Assembly (NCBI GenBank): GCA_002269645.1
Contig: NIVC01000363.1
Coordinates: 310,001-374,000, forward strand
Direction: 5' to 3'
Origin: Macrostomum lignano
Lineage: Eukaryota
Length of the DNA: 64,000 nucleotides
Of this stretch, positions 31,860 to 58,350 are shown piece by piece. Below the pieces are notes generated by a model that was given only the letters and a program-made list of their open reading frames with translations, did no database searches and was not told where the DNA came from. The position numbers were made by a program, and so were the translations under genes. How positions within the stretch are numbered: the first letter of the stretch is position 1; each line of letters starts with the position of its first letter.

Positions 31860-32425
31860 ATAATCCCATAATCCCATATCCCAAATCCATAATCCCATAT
31901 ATCTTAAATCCCATAATCCCATATCCCAAATCCATAATCCCATATTCCAAATCCATAATCCCATATCCCAAATCCATAATCCCATATTCCAAATCCATAA
32001 TCCCATATCCTAAATCCCATATCCTAAATCCGTAATCCCATATCCTAAATCCATAATCCCATATCCCAAATCCATAATGCCATATCCTAAATCCGTAATC
32101 CCATATCCCAAATCCATAATCCCATATTACAAATCCATAATCCCATATCCTAAATCCGTAATCCCATATCCCAAATCCATAATCCCATATATCTTAAATC
32201 CCATATCCCAAATCCATAACCCCATATATCTTAAATCCCATATCCCAAATCCATAATCCCATATATCTTAAATCCCATATCCCATATCCCAAATCCATAA
32301 TCCCATATATCTTAAATCCCATATCCCATATCCTAAATCCCATATCCCAAATCCATAATCCCATATTACAAATCCATAATCCCATATCCTAAATCCCATA
32401 TCCCAAATCCATAATCCCATATGCT
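31860..32425. repeat. 7/21-bp array (AATCCCATATCCCAAATCCAT)
   Basis: Seen directly in the sequence. Confidence 0.92.
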
Positions 32426-32552
32426 AAATAAAAAACGAACAAACAGATAAATAAAACACAACACAAAACACAGTGGACAAACGCACTTTCAAGTCCCAGT
32501 ACCTATAGAAGTAAGCACACGCAGGGGGCAGCGGGCAGAATCCTTGCATCAA

Positions 32553-36594
<4,042 letters not shown>

Positions 36595-36729
36595 TTACTT
36601 ATACTGGCGGCAAATCTGAAAATTTAATTTGATCGTCAAAAATAATCACTCTATTTAGTGCTAGTAATGCTGATTATTAAAATATTTTACTTCACAGATA
36701 GGGTGGATAGAAAGAAGAGCCACCTGAAA

Positions 36730-37160
36730 AAAACAGGGGATGCCGAGGGGCAGCAAAGCACTATGATGGCCTGAAGGAAAACTGACAGAGGGGCAGCAAA
36801 GCACTATGATGGCCTGAAGGAAAACTGACAGAGGGGCAGCAAAGCACTATGAGAGCCTGAAGGAAAACTGACAGAGGGGCAGCAAAGCACTATGAGAGCC
36901 TGAAGGAAAACTGACAGAGGGGCAGCAAAGCACTATGAGAGCCTGAAGGAAAACTGACAGAGGGGCAGCAAAGCACTGTGAGACTGAGAGCCTGCCCTGA
37001 AGGGAAACTGACAGAGGAGGGGCAGCAAAGCTAAGCACTATGAAATCCTGAAGAGACACTGACAGAAGGGCACGGGCAGCAAAGCCTGTGAGAGCCTGAA
37101 GAGACACTGACAGAAGGGCACGGGCAGCAAAGCCTATGAGAGCCTTGAAGAGACACTGAC
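36730..37160. repeat. 43-bp minisatellite upstream of the CtBP start (probably in a 5'UTR intron)
   Basis: Unit gaggggcagcaaagcactatgagagcctgaaggaaaactgaca. Confidence 0.92.
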
Positions 37161-38989
37161 AAGAAGGGCCGAGCCTAGAATTAGCCACACATACGTAATT
37201 AAACGCACCTATAGTCTATACAAAGCTATGCTGTATCTGTTTCAATATAAAGTAAACTAGAATAATAATAGGCCTATTGCGGATGCAAAAAGTAGGCTAG
37301 TTAAAAACGATTGCACTTACCAAAAAAAATCAGGTAGCCAATAAGTACTGACGCACAGAGTAGCTTTACGTTTTAAAGTTTCGCAATTAAAAACTCCACT
37401 TGTTTTTTACTACCGTCAGGCCAAACCAGAACTAGTCAAAACGCTGCACAAACCAGACAGATACCAAAGGCCGTGTTATAGAAAAGCCCCCGGTCTTATT
37501 GCCTCGCTCTGAGGTCTATTCGCTGCCGGGGGTTATTAACATATTATAATGACCTTATGACTAAAGAGAAAGATAGGCATCACTCATGCGGCGCACTTAG
37601 CGATAGAGGGGGTGTCCGCCAAAACCCTCCACACGCTGCAAATTGCTAGTCACGTGATAGTTAAATTTCTCTCCTGAATGTACAAGTAGAGAAACACTCT
37701 AAATGGCGCAGTCTAAAAATAGAACGCTTCAAGTCCGGCCTTTCCTTCCCCCTTCCCCCTGCCAGCCAGGGCCTTCTGGCGACTTTTCACAGCACAGCAC
37801 AAGTGTGCGTGTAATAGAACGGTGTGAAGGGGTTTATTATTTTGGGAAAGGCCACTCAATGTGGAGGAACTGTGTGTGTGTGGAGGGAGAGAGAGGCATT
37901 AATCTGACTAAACAGAACAAATAGCCAGGCAGACCAGTCTGACAGTTTATTAGGGATATGATTTTCAGATTTCAGATTTCAGAGTTAAAATCTTTTAAGT
38001 TTAGCTAATGCCGCGCCATTGGGGTTTGTAATATTTTGTTTTACTGTTTTTCATTACTCTTAAATCTGAATCAGAGCCAAATCAGAGTAAATGGCCAGGC
38101 GATTCTTTCGCTGCGTGGGGGCTTATATACCGGTCTGTACTGTAATAGTAGGTAAATACGAGCTATTAAAATCACAGACAAACAAGTGAAATCCCAGTAA
38201 GATAATATGCAGAGTCCTAGAACAGATGGAGTGATTGGTTGCATCGGATTTTCAGCTTAAACTTTATACTAGGGAAATAGGAAGAAAAGGCGACCACTTT
38301 TACAAATTTCCTAAGTAAATTATATATAGAGCATAGGATTTCGAGTTTTCAACAAATAAGGACTCGTTTTAAAGCTGGATAAATTTTCAACAATTCACCA
38401 GAAACTCATATTAGAAATTGTTGTTACAGTACAGAAGGAGAAAAGATAAGTATTAAAGTAGTCAAAAGTGTCAAAGTGCTAGTTTTGGGAAACGACCTTC
38501 AAAAGTTGCGATGCAGAAGACTGTTTTTTGGCCAGATTTAAACCAAAATAGTGTTATATATTATAGAATTTAGGCTTATAGAAATGTAGTTTAGCGACTC
38601 CAATAGTCCAATGTGAGAATATGGCTCAGCATTTTAAGGGCCATTGGGATGGGACGGTACGAAGAATGCACCAGAAGCTGAAGCCATGCTGGTGATAATG
38701 ACAGGCGAAGTACAGAATTTCGTCTGGGAGGCAATGGCAGCGCACTACCGCGGTGTACCCATGCAACAACCAGCTGGGCAGCCACATGGAAACTTCTGAG
38801 GGCCGGCAGCCTGGTGCCAGCACCGACCCGCTTAAGGGAACTGGCCCTTGTTCAACGTCCTCAGTCCAAGCCTAAGGACCACTAGAAGTTTTGCAATGCA
38901 AACAAGCGGGCCTTCAAAGCGGGCCTCCCAAACGCCTGCGTGATCAATGATACGCGCACTCGCTGCTGCACCTACAGCTAGCCATAGAC

Positions 38990-40090
38990 TCGCTTGTCAA
39001 ATGTCCTTGGTTCTTCAACATTGACTGTCGACAGGGACAGGGCTCCATCGGCTGAGGTGGACCGGTACGAGAGTACAAGACGGCGTTCTATTCGACCAGC
39101 GGCCTGATGCACTTTCGTAGGACGCGGGCGTCGGAATGTGCAGTCGCTCCGCAGAAACTTCTTGTCGGCTTACAAGTATGTACATGTAGCTGGGTATTGT
39201 CTCTGCATGGTCTGTCATAGGGAGTTGGCATTAACCCATTACCGATCACATCGGCGTCTTTAACGGTCTGCGGGGGACGTACATGTACGCTCGTAGAGAG
39301 CTGGGTGATGTGGCCACCTGTATAGCTAATTTAGAGACCATAGTTAACTGGACGTACATGTATTACAACAAGATGCCCGATCTAGCCATATCTAACTGCC
39401 CAGTAATAATTGCCACATTTTTACTACATAATTATATATTCCAGAAGTTTTTTTCTAAATTTACACAGGAACGTCAATTAACACCCATGATTTATCCGCG
39501 TTTTTAGATGGCCAACATGGTTAATTCATGCATGGTTTAGACAAAGCCATGCTAAATACATGCAATGATTAGGAATAAAAACATGATAAATACATGCATG
39601 TGTTTAAACCATGCATGTAACATCCATGAATCATGCATGTAATATGCATGGTTGTTGCCCCGGGTTCATGCATGATTTTTCCATGGTTGGGCAAGCAGGG
39701 AAGAATCCTATACCAAGCCGCAGGAGGCACGGAAGCAGTTGACACGCGAGCTAACGAAGCTGTGGCAGCTGGTGCAGATCGACGTCAAAGGACCGCTGTC
39801 ACGCACGCAGCAGTCTTTTGCAGTTCGTTTGCAGTCTGCAATTCGTACATCCTGAGCATGTGCGACACCTGATCCTCCCAAGTGGATGAAGGCGGCAGCC
39901 CTGGCAGCAATTAGACGCGGTGACGGTGGCGAACACGCTGCTAAGTCGACGGTGGTTTTTGCTTCACAGCGTTGCCTCCCAGACGAAATTGGCGGGTATT
40001 TCCAGAGTGACGTATTCGGCCAGCTCTGCGGACCTGCACACGCACCTTTTCATCCGAGCGACAATGGCGTCGTCGAGAGAGGTCTCGATT
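38990..40090 (+). mobile_element. Highly decayed Ty3/Gypsy LTR-retrotransposon relic (RT and integrase fragments)
   Basis: FFNIDCRQG...EVDRY/KTAFYSTSGLMHFRR (RT-like, ~39010-39125). KLWQLVQIDVKGPL (~39757-39800) and APFHPSDNGVVER (~40040-40080) resemble the integrase core. Confidence 0.6.
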
Positions 40091-40734
40091 AACCTCCATG
40101 CTTTTCCAGCGCAATGCATTTTTAACAAGGTTTTGAAGTACGTTTACTTTGAAATATATGTATGCAAGGCCTTGCTAATTACATGGTTAACATGTAATCT
40201 AATTTTCAAAGCGAAAAAGTCACATCTTCAAAATTTAAGATGTGACTTAAAGACATCATTGCTGTTGTCTCGATAAAACTGTTGACTTCAGCTGTTTCAT
40301 CAACTTCTCACAAGTATTTTGAAGATTGCTTGCAATTTTACAGGCAGTTTTATCGCGTTGATTAATTATATCATACTGATAAAGCAATAAATTACGTGCA
40401 TTATAAAGTAACTTCTCATACTGATTTTCAGAACTGCATTATAATTTACATCAAGATCAATGTAAAATTACAAACGAAAAAAGATTACAATTGGCAGCTT
40501 ATAAAAGTAGTAAACGATGTACATGTGATGTATTAAAGACTAGTGGTCATCTACAGTATGTCTTAAATAATGAAATCACTAAGAATCTGAAACTTCAAGG
40601 TCTTTGTTATTAAATAAACGAATTCAAGTAATTCTATAGTCTTTGTGTGGATCGATAAGTGTCCAAATCAGTGGGCAAAACAGATTTTTCTTCACAGCTG
40701 TTTCTCTATACTATTCACTGAAAGCTCGTAAAAC

Positions 40735-41027
40735 TTGTCTGCGACGCTAATATCTTGTCCGCGAGGCTAAAATCTTGTCTGCGAGGCTAAAATCTTGTCT
40801 GCGACGCTAAAATCTTGTCTACGACGCTAAAATCTTGTCTGCGACGCTAAAATCTTGTCCGCGAGGCTAAAATCTTGTCTGCGAGGCTAAAATCTTGTCT
40901 GCGACGCTAAAATCTTGTCTGCGACGCTAAAATCTTGTCTGCGACGCTAAAATCTTGTCTGCGACGCTAAAATCTTGTCTACGACGCTAAAATCTTGTCT
41001 GCGACGCTAAAATCTTGTCTGCGACGT
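40735..41027. repeat. 20-bp minisatellite (CTAAAATCTTGTCTGCGACG), ~14 copies
   Basis: Seen directly in the sequence. Confidence 0.95.
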
Positions 41028-41102
41028 TTGGAATCTGCTTTTATTGGTAAAAGTAGTTTATAGTAAAAATTAGTTATAAAGACCGACTGAGTCATCTCAA
41101 TC

Positions 41103-45782
<4,680 letters not shown>

Positions 45783-46776
45783 TGCCTTTAATAATAGTTA
45801 CAAAACTGCCATAGAGATAAATAATAGAGATTCAATCTGGAATGTAAATTCAATACAGACAGACAGTTATGCTATTTTAATTTTTTTGGAAGAGACGTTA
45901 TTTAATGTTTTAAAATAGACAAACCTACCAAAGTAAAAATAATAAACTAATGAAAAATATTATTCTTTCAGAGTACATTTACATATTAGCCATTAACTTG
46001 CTAAAATTTTCATTAAAATAATTGATTTAAAAAATAATTTTAAGTTTTTTAAAGTAAAGATAAATATCAATTAGATTCAGTTCATGGTAGTTCAGAATGG
46101 CTATATTCCTGGTATTAAAATCAAATGATTGAGTAAGAAATAGCTGTCATAAAATCTTATCTAAAAGTTAATCTCTATTCATAAGTTTTATATTAAACTT
46201 AAATTGAATAATTTCAAGACAAAATAGTCAGAACTTTTAACATCCCTCAGGGGTGATCAGGGTCTTTCGCCAGGTAACAAACTAACCAGCAACGACAACT
46301 ACGTCCATCTTACAATACCACTACGCGAATACTACTACGGTACAGAGATTCAAATTTCAAACGATGGCACAAGGCTCACAAAATGATTCTTGCAATTAGA
46401 TTCCTATTATGCTACATATATATATATATATATATATATTAATATCTACATCTACAAGAATCTACATATATAATAGTAATATTGAATAACCATAGACGAT
46501 TTTACATTGCTTTTTCATAGGTGATAACCTGAAAACACAGGTCGTGGGCGTGGCAACTATAATTCTATTAAAGTATGTCACGAAAATCATATTGAAAATA
46601 GAACTAAAGCTTTTAAAGTTTTAGAGTATTTTAAACTATTTCAATTTTGAAAAAATAAAATACTATTTCAGATAAATTGAAAAATATTAGCGCATTAGTT
46701 GTTAGATATAGTTGAAAATCTACAAAACTTTTGTTTTATATGTTGAAACGTTTTCCGAGTTGGCTACCTTCGCGCG

Positions 46777-46812
46777 TGAGCAATCACAGAACTTAAGTTC
46801 TGTGTGAGCAAT
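46777..46812. other. 20-bp perfect palindrome flanked by 8-bp direct repeats
   Basis: TGAGCAAT-CACAGAACTTAAGTTCTGTG-TGAGCAAT. Confidence 0.9.
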
Positions 46813-47109
46813 AGCTTCTTGTTTTTATATCATTAACGTTTTATGTATAACTCTTCCTTTCGGTAGTTATTCCGTCAAACGAAAATCCATATCCATAGCC
46901 CATTCCATAGTAGTTAAATTCTATGTGCATGCCTCGTTTAACTGCCGAATCGTGATGTGAGACTAATTAAGAGACTTAAATTGATTATAAAACATAGTTA
47001 TAAAGACTTTCCGTGACAATATTTGCGTTCTCCGGGATTTTATTTGGTAATAGTACATTAATACCCATGCTTTAAGGGCGTTAATGGGAAAATCAGAGGG
47101 CGCCGTTAG

Positions 47110-47500
47110 ACATTGTGCCATAGACATTTGTGTCCTTGACAAAGTGGAACAAAATTAGCGGGCAGTTAATGACATTAACTGCCCGCTAATTTGCATTAAA
47201 GTAAGTTTGAAATAGACAATCGGGCGTTAAATGTCATTAACTGCCCGCTAATTTGAATTAAAGTAAGTTTGACTCCTGCAAGCGGGCTTAAATGTAGTCT
47301 ATGGCATTAAAAGGCAAGAATAAGTGCCCAGCGGGCACAAAGGTCATGGTACAATATTCAATAATATCCCGTAAAGTCTTTATGTCTATGGTTTATACGA
47401 GATTACACATGCCTTATTCGGGAGTTATTTTCATAAATCCCTCGGGCCTTCGGCCCTCGTGATTTATACAAATAACTCCCTCAAAAGGCATGTTTAATCT
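47110..47500. mobile_element. Foldback / MITE-like inverted-repeat DNA
   Basis: A perfect 20-bp-arm hairpin aaattagcgggcagttaatg-a-cattaactgcccgctaattt (~47147-47187), imperfect outer arms (~47110-47135 and ~47330-47362) and a second ~100-bp imperfect hairpin at 47401-47499. Confidence 0.55.
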
Positions 47501-48666
47501 GATACATGCAGAATTTAAGAAAATTCGGGTGAGCCACAGATACTAAAAATAACTAGATGGGCCACTCAGCACATTTGCGTGCAAGCTACTTTTAGTTCAG
47601 TAGTAAGTTAACTGAAGCATTTTAATTTATTTTTATAGACAAGGCTAAATTTATTGTGGCTCTTACACCCCAAGCTTAAACACTTCAACACCACACAGAA
47701 CCTCTACCCCTCCCCGCCACCCATTTCTTTACCTTTGTTGGGTACTCCAGCCTAAATATGCCTTGTACATTTCAGTGGCTAATGTACATTATGGCTGAAC
47801 CAATTAGCAAGCTGTTTACGTCTGCAAGCTTGGCTTCTAAACTTATCAAAGTCATTTCAGCTGCCTTTGTTTTTATAAAATAGCTTATGTATTCTTCATT
47901 GCTACTGAATTGAAAGCAGAAAGCTGTTTTGCTAAGTATATATGTGGCCAATCTTGATATTCTAGTATATGTGGTGTGAGCAAAACATTCCACTTTCTCG
48001 CGGGTTGCAAAACTAGTTGAGAAATAAGACACAATTTATTTAATCTAGTTAAATGATTTTAAGTTGAAATTACACGCGAGATTTGGCAATTCAAATAAGG
48101 CAACAAATGATTGCAAATGGAATTATATTTCACGTTTTTACTGGTCGAAAAAAGAAATCTAATCAACATAATTGAAGTAATTTGCGCACAAGAAGTTGTA
48201 AGGGACAGGATAAGCATAATGTATTAATAATCCATACCGCGAGACAATAATTTAAAATTACTAGAATAACATTGCAGAAAAAAATCAATGATAAATAGTG
48301 TTAATAACTAACATATGTTGGTAAACAAAATGGAAAATTTGTTTCGGAAGGCTAAACCAATGATTGATTAATGAAACCTACTTTCAATAAAACAGAAAAA
48401 CTAATGAACTTTATCTCCGTTGTAAATTATTGTAATCTACTACTAATGGAAGCTTTAATAATGGGGTAAAAACCAACCGCAGCGTTTAAGGGAAGACCAA
48501 AACTCTTATAGCAGAATTATTAGATAAAAAAAATATATAAATCACAAATATATAAATCACTTGTATTGTAAACATATGCCTTTTGAGAGAGACATTCGCC
48601 GCAAATAATTAACCCAGACTGCTGTTCCATAAAGTCAATATTAGAATCAAAGCCGCTTGATAACAA

Positions 48667-50999
48667 TTATCGTTTGAAATTATCGTGCACTTTCGGCTGC
48701 ACATCGAACACCAACTCCAACAGGCGTTTAATAGCTTCTTCTTTGTTCTGTCCAACGCTAGTCTCCAATTCCGACAATCGCTGTCTGGTCTCCTCTTGAA
48801 CCAGCTTCTCCGAGTCGGTCCGCGAGCCCAGTATGCGAGCTTCGTGCTCTTTAAATTCGCGTTCTCGCTCCTTTTTGAAGGTGTCAATCTCTGCTGCCGC
48901 CTCCTGCTTGGCCTGCTTCAATCGGCGCTGCTTGTCTGCGGGTGGTTGGGGATTCAACATTTGTCATGCTCACAGTTGGGCATGGAGATGGGCACTGATG
49001 GGAGATGGGCACTCGTGGGAAATTTGGCACTGATGGGAGATGGGCACTCGTGGGAAATTTGGCACTGATGGGAGATGGGCACTCGTGGGAAATTTGGCAC
49101 TGATGGGAGATGGGCACTCGTGGGAAATTTGGCACTGATGGGAGATGGGCACTCGTGGGAAATTTGGCACTGATGGGAGATGGGCACTCGTGGGAAATTT
49201 GGCACTTATGGGAGATGGGCACTGATAGAAAATGGGCACTGATGGGAGATGGGCACTCATGGGAAATTTGGCACTGATGGGAGATGGGCACTGATAGAAA
49301 ATGGGCACTGATGGGAGATATGCACTCATGGGAAATTTGGCACTGATGGGAGATGGGCACTGATGGGAAATGAGCACTAATGGGAGATGAGCACTGATGA
49401 GATAGGCACTGATAGAAGATGCTTATGAATAGATTGGCACAAATAGAAAATGGGCTCTGATAGGATAGGAACTGATAGAAAATGGGCACTGATTCCAGAT
49501 TGGCACCAATAAAAAATGGGCACCTATATAGAAGATTGGCACCAATAGAAAATGGGCACTGATAGGAGACCTACATGCCCAACCTCAAAATTTCACCCAT
49601 CTGGTGTGATTTAGTTTTGTCCAAATTTGTGACTTAGTTTCTCTTAATTGCAACCCTAGGATCTCCTGAGGATCTCCATGAGGATCTCCTAACAGATCCT
49701 CTTGATTGCAATTTAGTTCTCCCAATTGCGACTTAATTTTTATTTTGTATATGACTTCTTGCCTTCTTTCTTTTCTCTCTCTTCTCTTTCCTTTCTTTTC
49801 ATTTTTTTCTTTTTCTCCTTTTTTTCTTCTCCCAATTTTTTATTTTTTGCATTTTTGATTTTGCAACTTACCTTGGCCAGTGGCCATTTCACCTATCTTT
49901 TTTGGACGGGTTAGATGTGTATTGGGCATGTATGATAAGAGATTGGCACCAATAGAAAATGGGCACTAATAGGAAATGGGCACTAATGGGAGATGCCTTC
50001 TAATAAGAAAAAGGCATTGATAGGAGATAGGCATGGGCACTAATAAGGATATTAATAGAAAATAGGCACTGATAGGAGATAGGCATGGGCACTAATAAGG
50101 ATATTAATAGAAAATAGGCACTAATAGGAGATGTACAATTAAAAAGAGGTACTGATAGGAGATAAGCATAAGCACTAATAGAAAATGTGCATTGATAAAA
50201 AATGAATGCTAATAGGAAATAGGCACTAATAGGATAGGCACTTATACAAAGATAGATTGGCAAGAAAGACAAAAAAAGACAAATATTTATAAGAAATTGG
50301 TACTAAAGGAATATAGACATTGTTAGATAGCACTAATAAGAAATGGACATTAATAAAAATTGACATTGATAGAAAATAGGCATTGATAAGAAATAGGCCT
50401 AGGTATTATATAGATAAAATTTATATTGGAAAACAATAGAAGACATAGGAAAAAGGTAGGCCTACTTAAATAGAATAATAAAAATATATATTATTAAAAT
50501 ATCCTGATACATTTGAAAAGTTTTTTGCTTTAAAACTTGCTTCAATGTTCAATGCTATAATTTGCAAGAATTTTTGGGTATATATCTTAATCTATTCTTT
50601 CCTTTGGGCTTTGCTTTGGATCACTTAGGCTAGGCCTAGTGCAAATTATAGAAATCTAGGCCTATAAAAAGTTTTATTTTCAAGCAAAAATACAAGCTAA
50701 GTAGTAGTAAGTAAAGTCTTGATATGGCCTTGATCTAAATTATAACAGATATACCATAGTGATTTAAGTGATTTCTCTAATAAAATTGAAAGACGCAATA
50801 GCATAAGATAGCCAATTATGATATCGTTTGCTTTTGATGCACCATTGACTATTATTACTATACTATATTTTTAAACTATACAAAGTTAATTGTTAATGTT
50901 AGGCCTAAACAACTTACTTTTGCGAGCCTCGTCAATTTTTTCCTTTGCCTTTTTCTCTGCCTGAAGAAGCATCTGAATACCTCCTGATTGTGTCGTCAT
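48667..50999 (-). CDS. ATP6V1G: V-type proton ATPase subunit G, 116 aa
   Basis: Exons complement(50918-50999, 48667-48935), 351 nt: [45 protein letters not shown]...VFDVQPKVHDNFKR. Confidence 0.96.
48985..50400. repeat. 35-bp intronic minisatellite decaying into degenerate 17-18-bp subunits
   Basis: gatgggagatgggcactcgtgggaaatttggcact is near-perfect to ~49230. ggcactgatag/aatag-type units become progressively more AT-rich to ~50400. Confidence 0.85.
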
Positions 51000-51481
51000 T
51001 GTATGCCACAGACCGTTTGCTGTTTGTAAAATTTTAAGAAAAGCTATTCAATTCGTCACACTTTATCAGGCAACACTGCAACAACAGCAAAGCAAAAAAA
51101 TCATAAGAAAATAAAAGGATAATCATTTCATTTTAAAACTTTACAATTAAACGTATTTCATTTAAACAAAACTAATTTTATTTTTTTAATCGCCGAAACA
51201 ATAAAGACTTTTGTAACCATTCTTAAATGGGTTAATGTTTTTTATGTAGCACTGCATTAAATAAAGTATTTTAATATATTTACACTAGAAATGCAATTTT
51301 TTGACTTTGATATCATTATACATTTAATAACTTCAAATCAATTGCCCTTAAATTTCCGATGCAGATTTTTCTAAATTTCAGATAAGTTACATCGTTGCAA
51401 CCACTATTTAAAGTATTAAATATGCTTGATAGATTTTTAAATTTACAGTAAAGTTGTGTGTATTAAAATTTGAGCTTGAAA

Positions 51482-56181
<4,700 letters not shown>

Positions 56182-56959
56182 AGCAGGCGGGACCCCGCGG
56201 GTCTGCTAGAACTCTCACATAAGTAGCATGTCCACTCTGATGAAAATCCATTCCCGCGGGAACTTTGCTTCCCTATAGCGAGAATTCCCTACTAGAAATT
56301 CTCCTCCAATATGTAGATTGCTAGATGAATTAATTCCCTTCAGCACTTTTGTGAAAGCTTAATTAGTTCGGTATGAATAGCATGTTAGTCTTGCCGAAAT
56401 TATAAAATATATTTTGGGCATTTAAAATTTAGATCAGCTATGCATCCAGGTATGCAGGCACAAAGGGGACTGCATGTGTGTGTAAATTTTATGTGTGCTC
56501 AGACACGATAAAAATACCCATTAGTCAATTCTTAGCGTTTTAGTTGCACATATTTTTCTCAAACTCAGCAAATCCAGTTTTGCTCAATTCAGCGTACGCC
56601 TGTATCTGCATGCAAGCTAGTCTCATATGCATGTTCATTCGATTCGCATATTAATTATCCACGCGATTCAGGATTTTCAATAATTTTCCTATGATGCACC
56701 GTTTTCTTGGAATTATTTCTTTTATTCTTGGTTTCAAATGCACAGCTGCCACTTTACAATTTTTCGTCTAATTATGCATGCACTGTACATGTACACTCAA
56801 ATTTTAACAAAATAAACAGTTGAACAAAAGCTATCGTTTTCGTGTATTTAACTTGATTCACCCAGTTGGGACAATCGGACAGACTTTCTGCATGTTTCTT
56901 TGTTTTCAATTAGGGTTGGTGTCATTTCCGCGAAAACTTGAACTAGTATTTATTATGAC

Positions 56960-57640
56960 CCTTGCGACGTACCTGCATCCCAGCGGACCTGACGTGCCGC
57001 GGCGCAGACGGGCAGACGACCAGGCTCGCACGCTGCCAGCGTTCACCTACCTCGGGGGTCTGGTGCCACACGTGGAAGAGGACTTCCGGCGGCGCAGAGG
57101 ACTTGCCTGGGCGGCCTTTCGTTTGATCCGAGCCGTCCTCCAGTCCGAAGCGCTGTCCGACCGCCAGAGGGCTCGACTGTGGCAAGCGGTGGTCGAAACC
57201 GTCTGCTATACAACGTCGAGACGTGGACGCTGACGGCTACGCTGGAGCGGCAGAAGGACTCGGCGCACTCAGGGCTGCTCCGTGCAGCCTTTCGAGCAGA
57301 CAAGAGCGTCGGGACCGAGGCCCTGTACGATCGGGCCAAGCTGCAGCGCCCGTCCATCATCCTGCGCCGGCGGCGACTTCAACTGGCGGGCCACGTGATC
57401 CGGGCCGAGGGCTACTGCCCCCAACCTGTTCAGGACGTCTTGCTGCTCACCTTGCAGGGCCCGTTCAGGCAGGGTCAGGCCCGAACCCGTCGATACGTGG
57501 ACTGCCTGCTGTGCGACGCCGGGGCGCCCGGCACTGCCAACGGAGCGGACTTTGTTCGCTCCCAGGCTCTGCGGCGCGCCATCTGACGCGCTCTGCTCTA
57601 ACTGTGACTGCATGCGGGGCTGCGTATTTTGTTTTGTCTT
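56960..57640 (+). mobile_element. 5'-truncated RTE-like element copy, best preserved in the window
   Basis: FTYLGGLVPHVEEDFRRRRGLAWAAF...LLYNVETWTLT...LRRRRLQLAGHVIRAE...QARTRRYVDCL, with one frameshift near 57200. Confidence 0.88.
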
Positions 57641-57924
57641 TGTTTTTTGTACCTGCATGTAATTTTCAGAGCGGAGTAGAGTGTAAATATTTTTAAGTTT
57701 TTTAAGCTATCAAAAATAGTTTTGTCGATTAATAACTTGTTATATTCAGGTCAAATACAATAGAAAAATAACTTTATGGAATAAGAGACGCTGGGAGAAC
57801 AGCAATTTGTTGTTTTTTATTAGTAACTAGTGTCGAAAGACATTATAAAGACTTTACATTCATACAGGTACATGTACATCATGTGTGGCTTTATACAACA
57901 GAAACAACAAAATACGTTGTCAGC

Positions 57925-58350
57925 CAGTCAAGCGTGGCAGTGTCTGGGGTGCTGGCGTCAGCCAGCAGGCAGTCGACAAAACGCCGAGTGCGCCCCCCGT
58001 GCCTGCAGCGTCAGCAGCAGCATCTCCTGCACCGGCTACGCGCAGTACGACTTGGCTCGGATGATGGCCTGCCAGCTGGGAGTTGCCGACGGCGCAACAG
58101 TTCGCTGGGATGGAGCAGGCCGGTGCGGCGATGGAGTGCCGCATTGGTGACTCGCTCGTAGCCGATCTTGAAGGCTGTGTGCAGCAGGCCAACGTGCGCC
58201 GCGTCAACTTGCTGCTCGAGCGACTCCATCAGCGTCCAGGTCTCGGCGTTGTACAGCAGGACGGTCTCGATCACCGCCTAGAACAGCGGTCAGACAGGGC
58301 CTCGGACTGCAGGACAACCTCCTCCTCCACGTGGGTACTTGCTCGCCGAT
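57925..58350 (-). mobile_element. Degenerate RTE-like element fragment, convergent with the previous copy
   Basis: IETVLLYNAETWTLMESLEQQVDAAHVGLL...LRRRQL. Closest to the copy at 120-1030. Confidence 0.85.

Noticed and set aside
37474-37541. Short imperfect inverted repeat (cccccgg ... ccgggggt)
   Set aside because: The arms are short, no TSD is evident and the function cannot be assigned.
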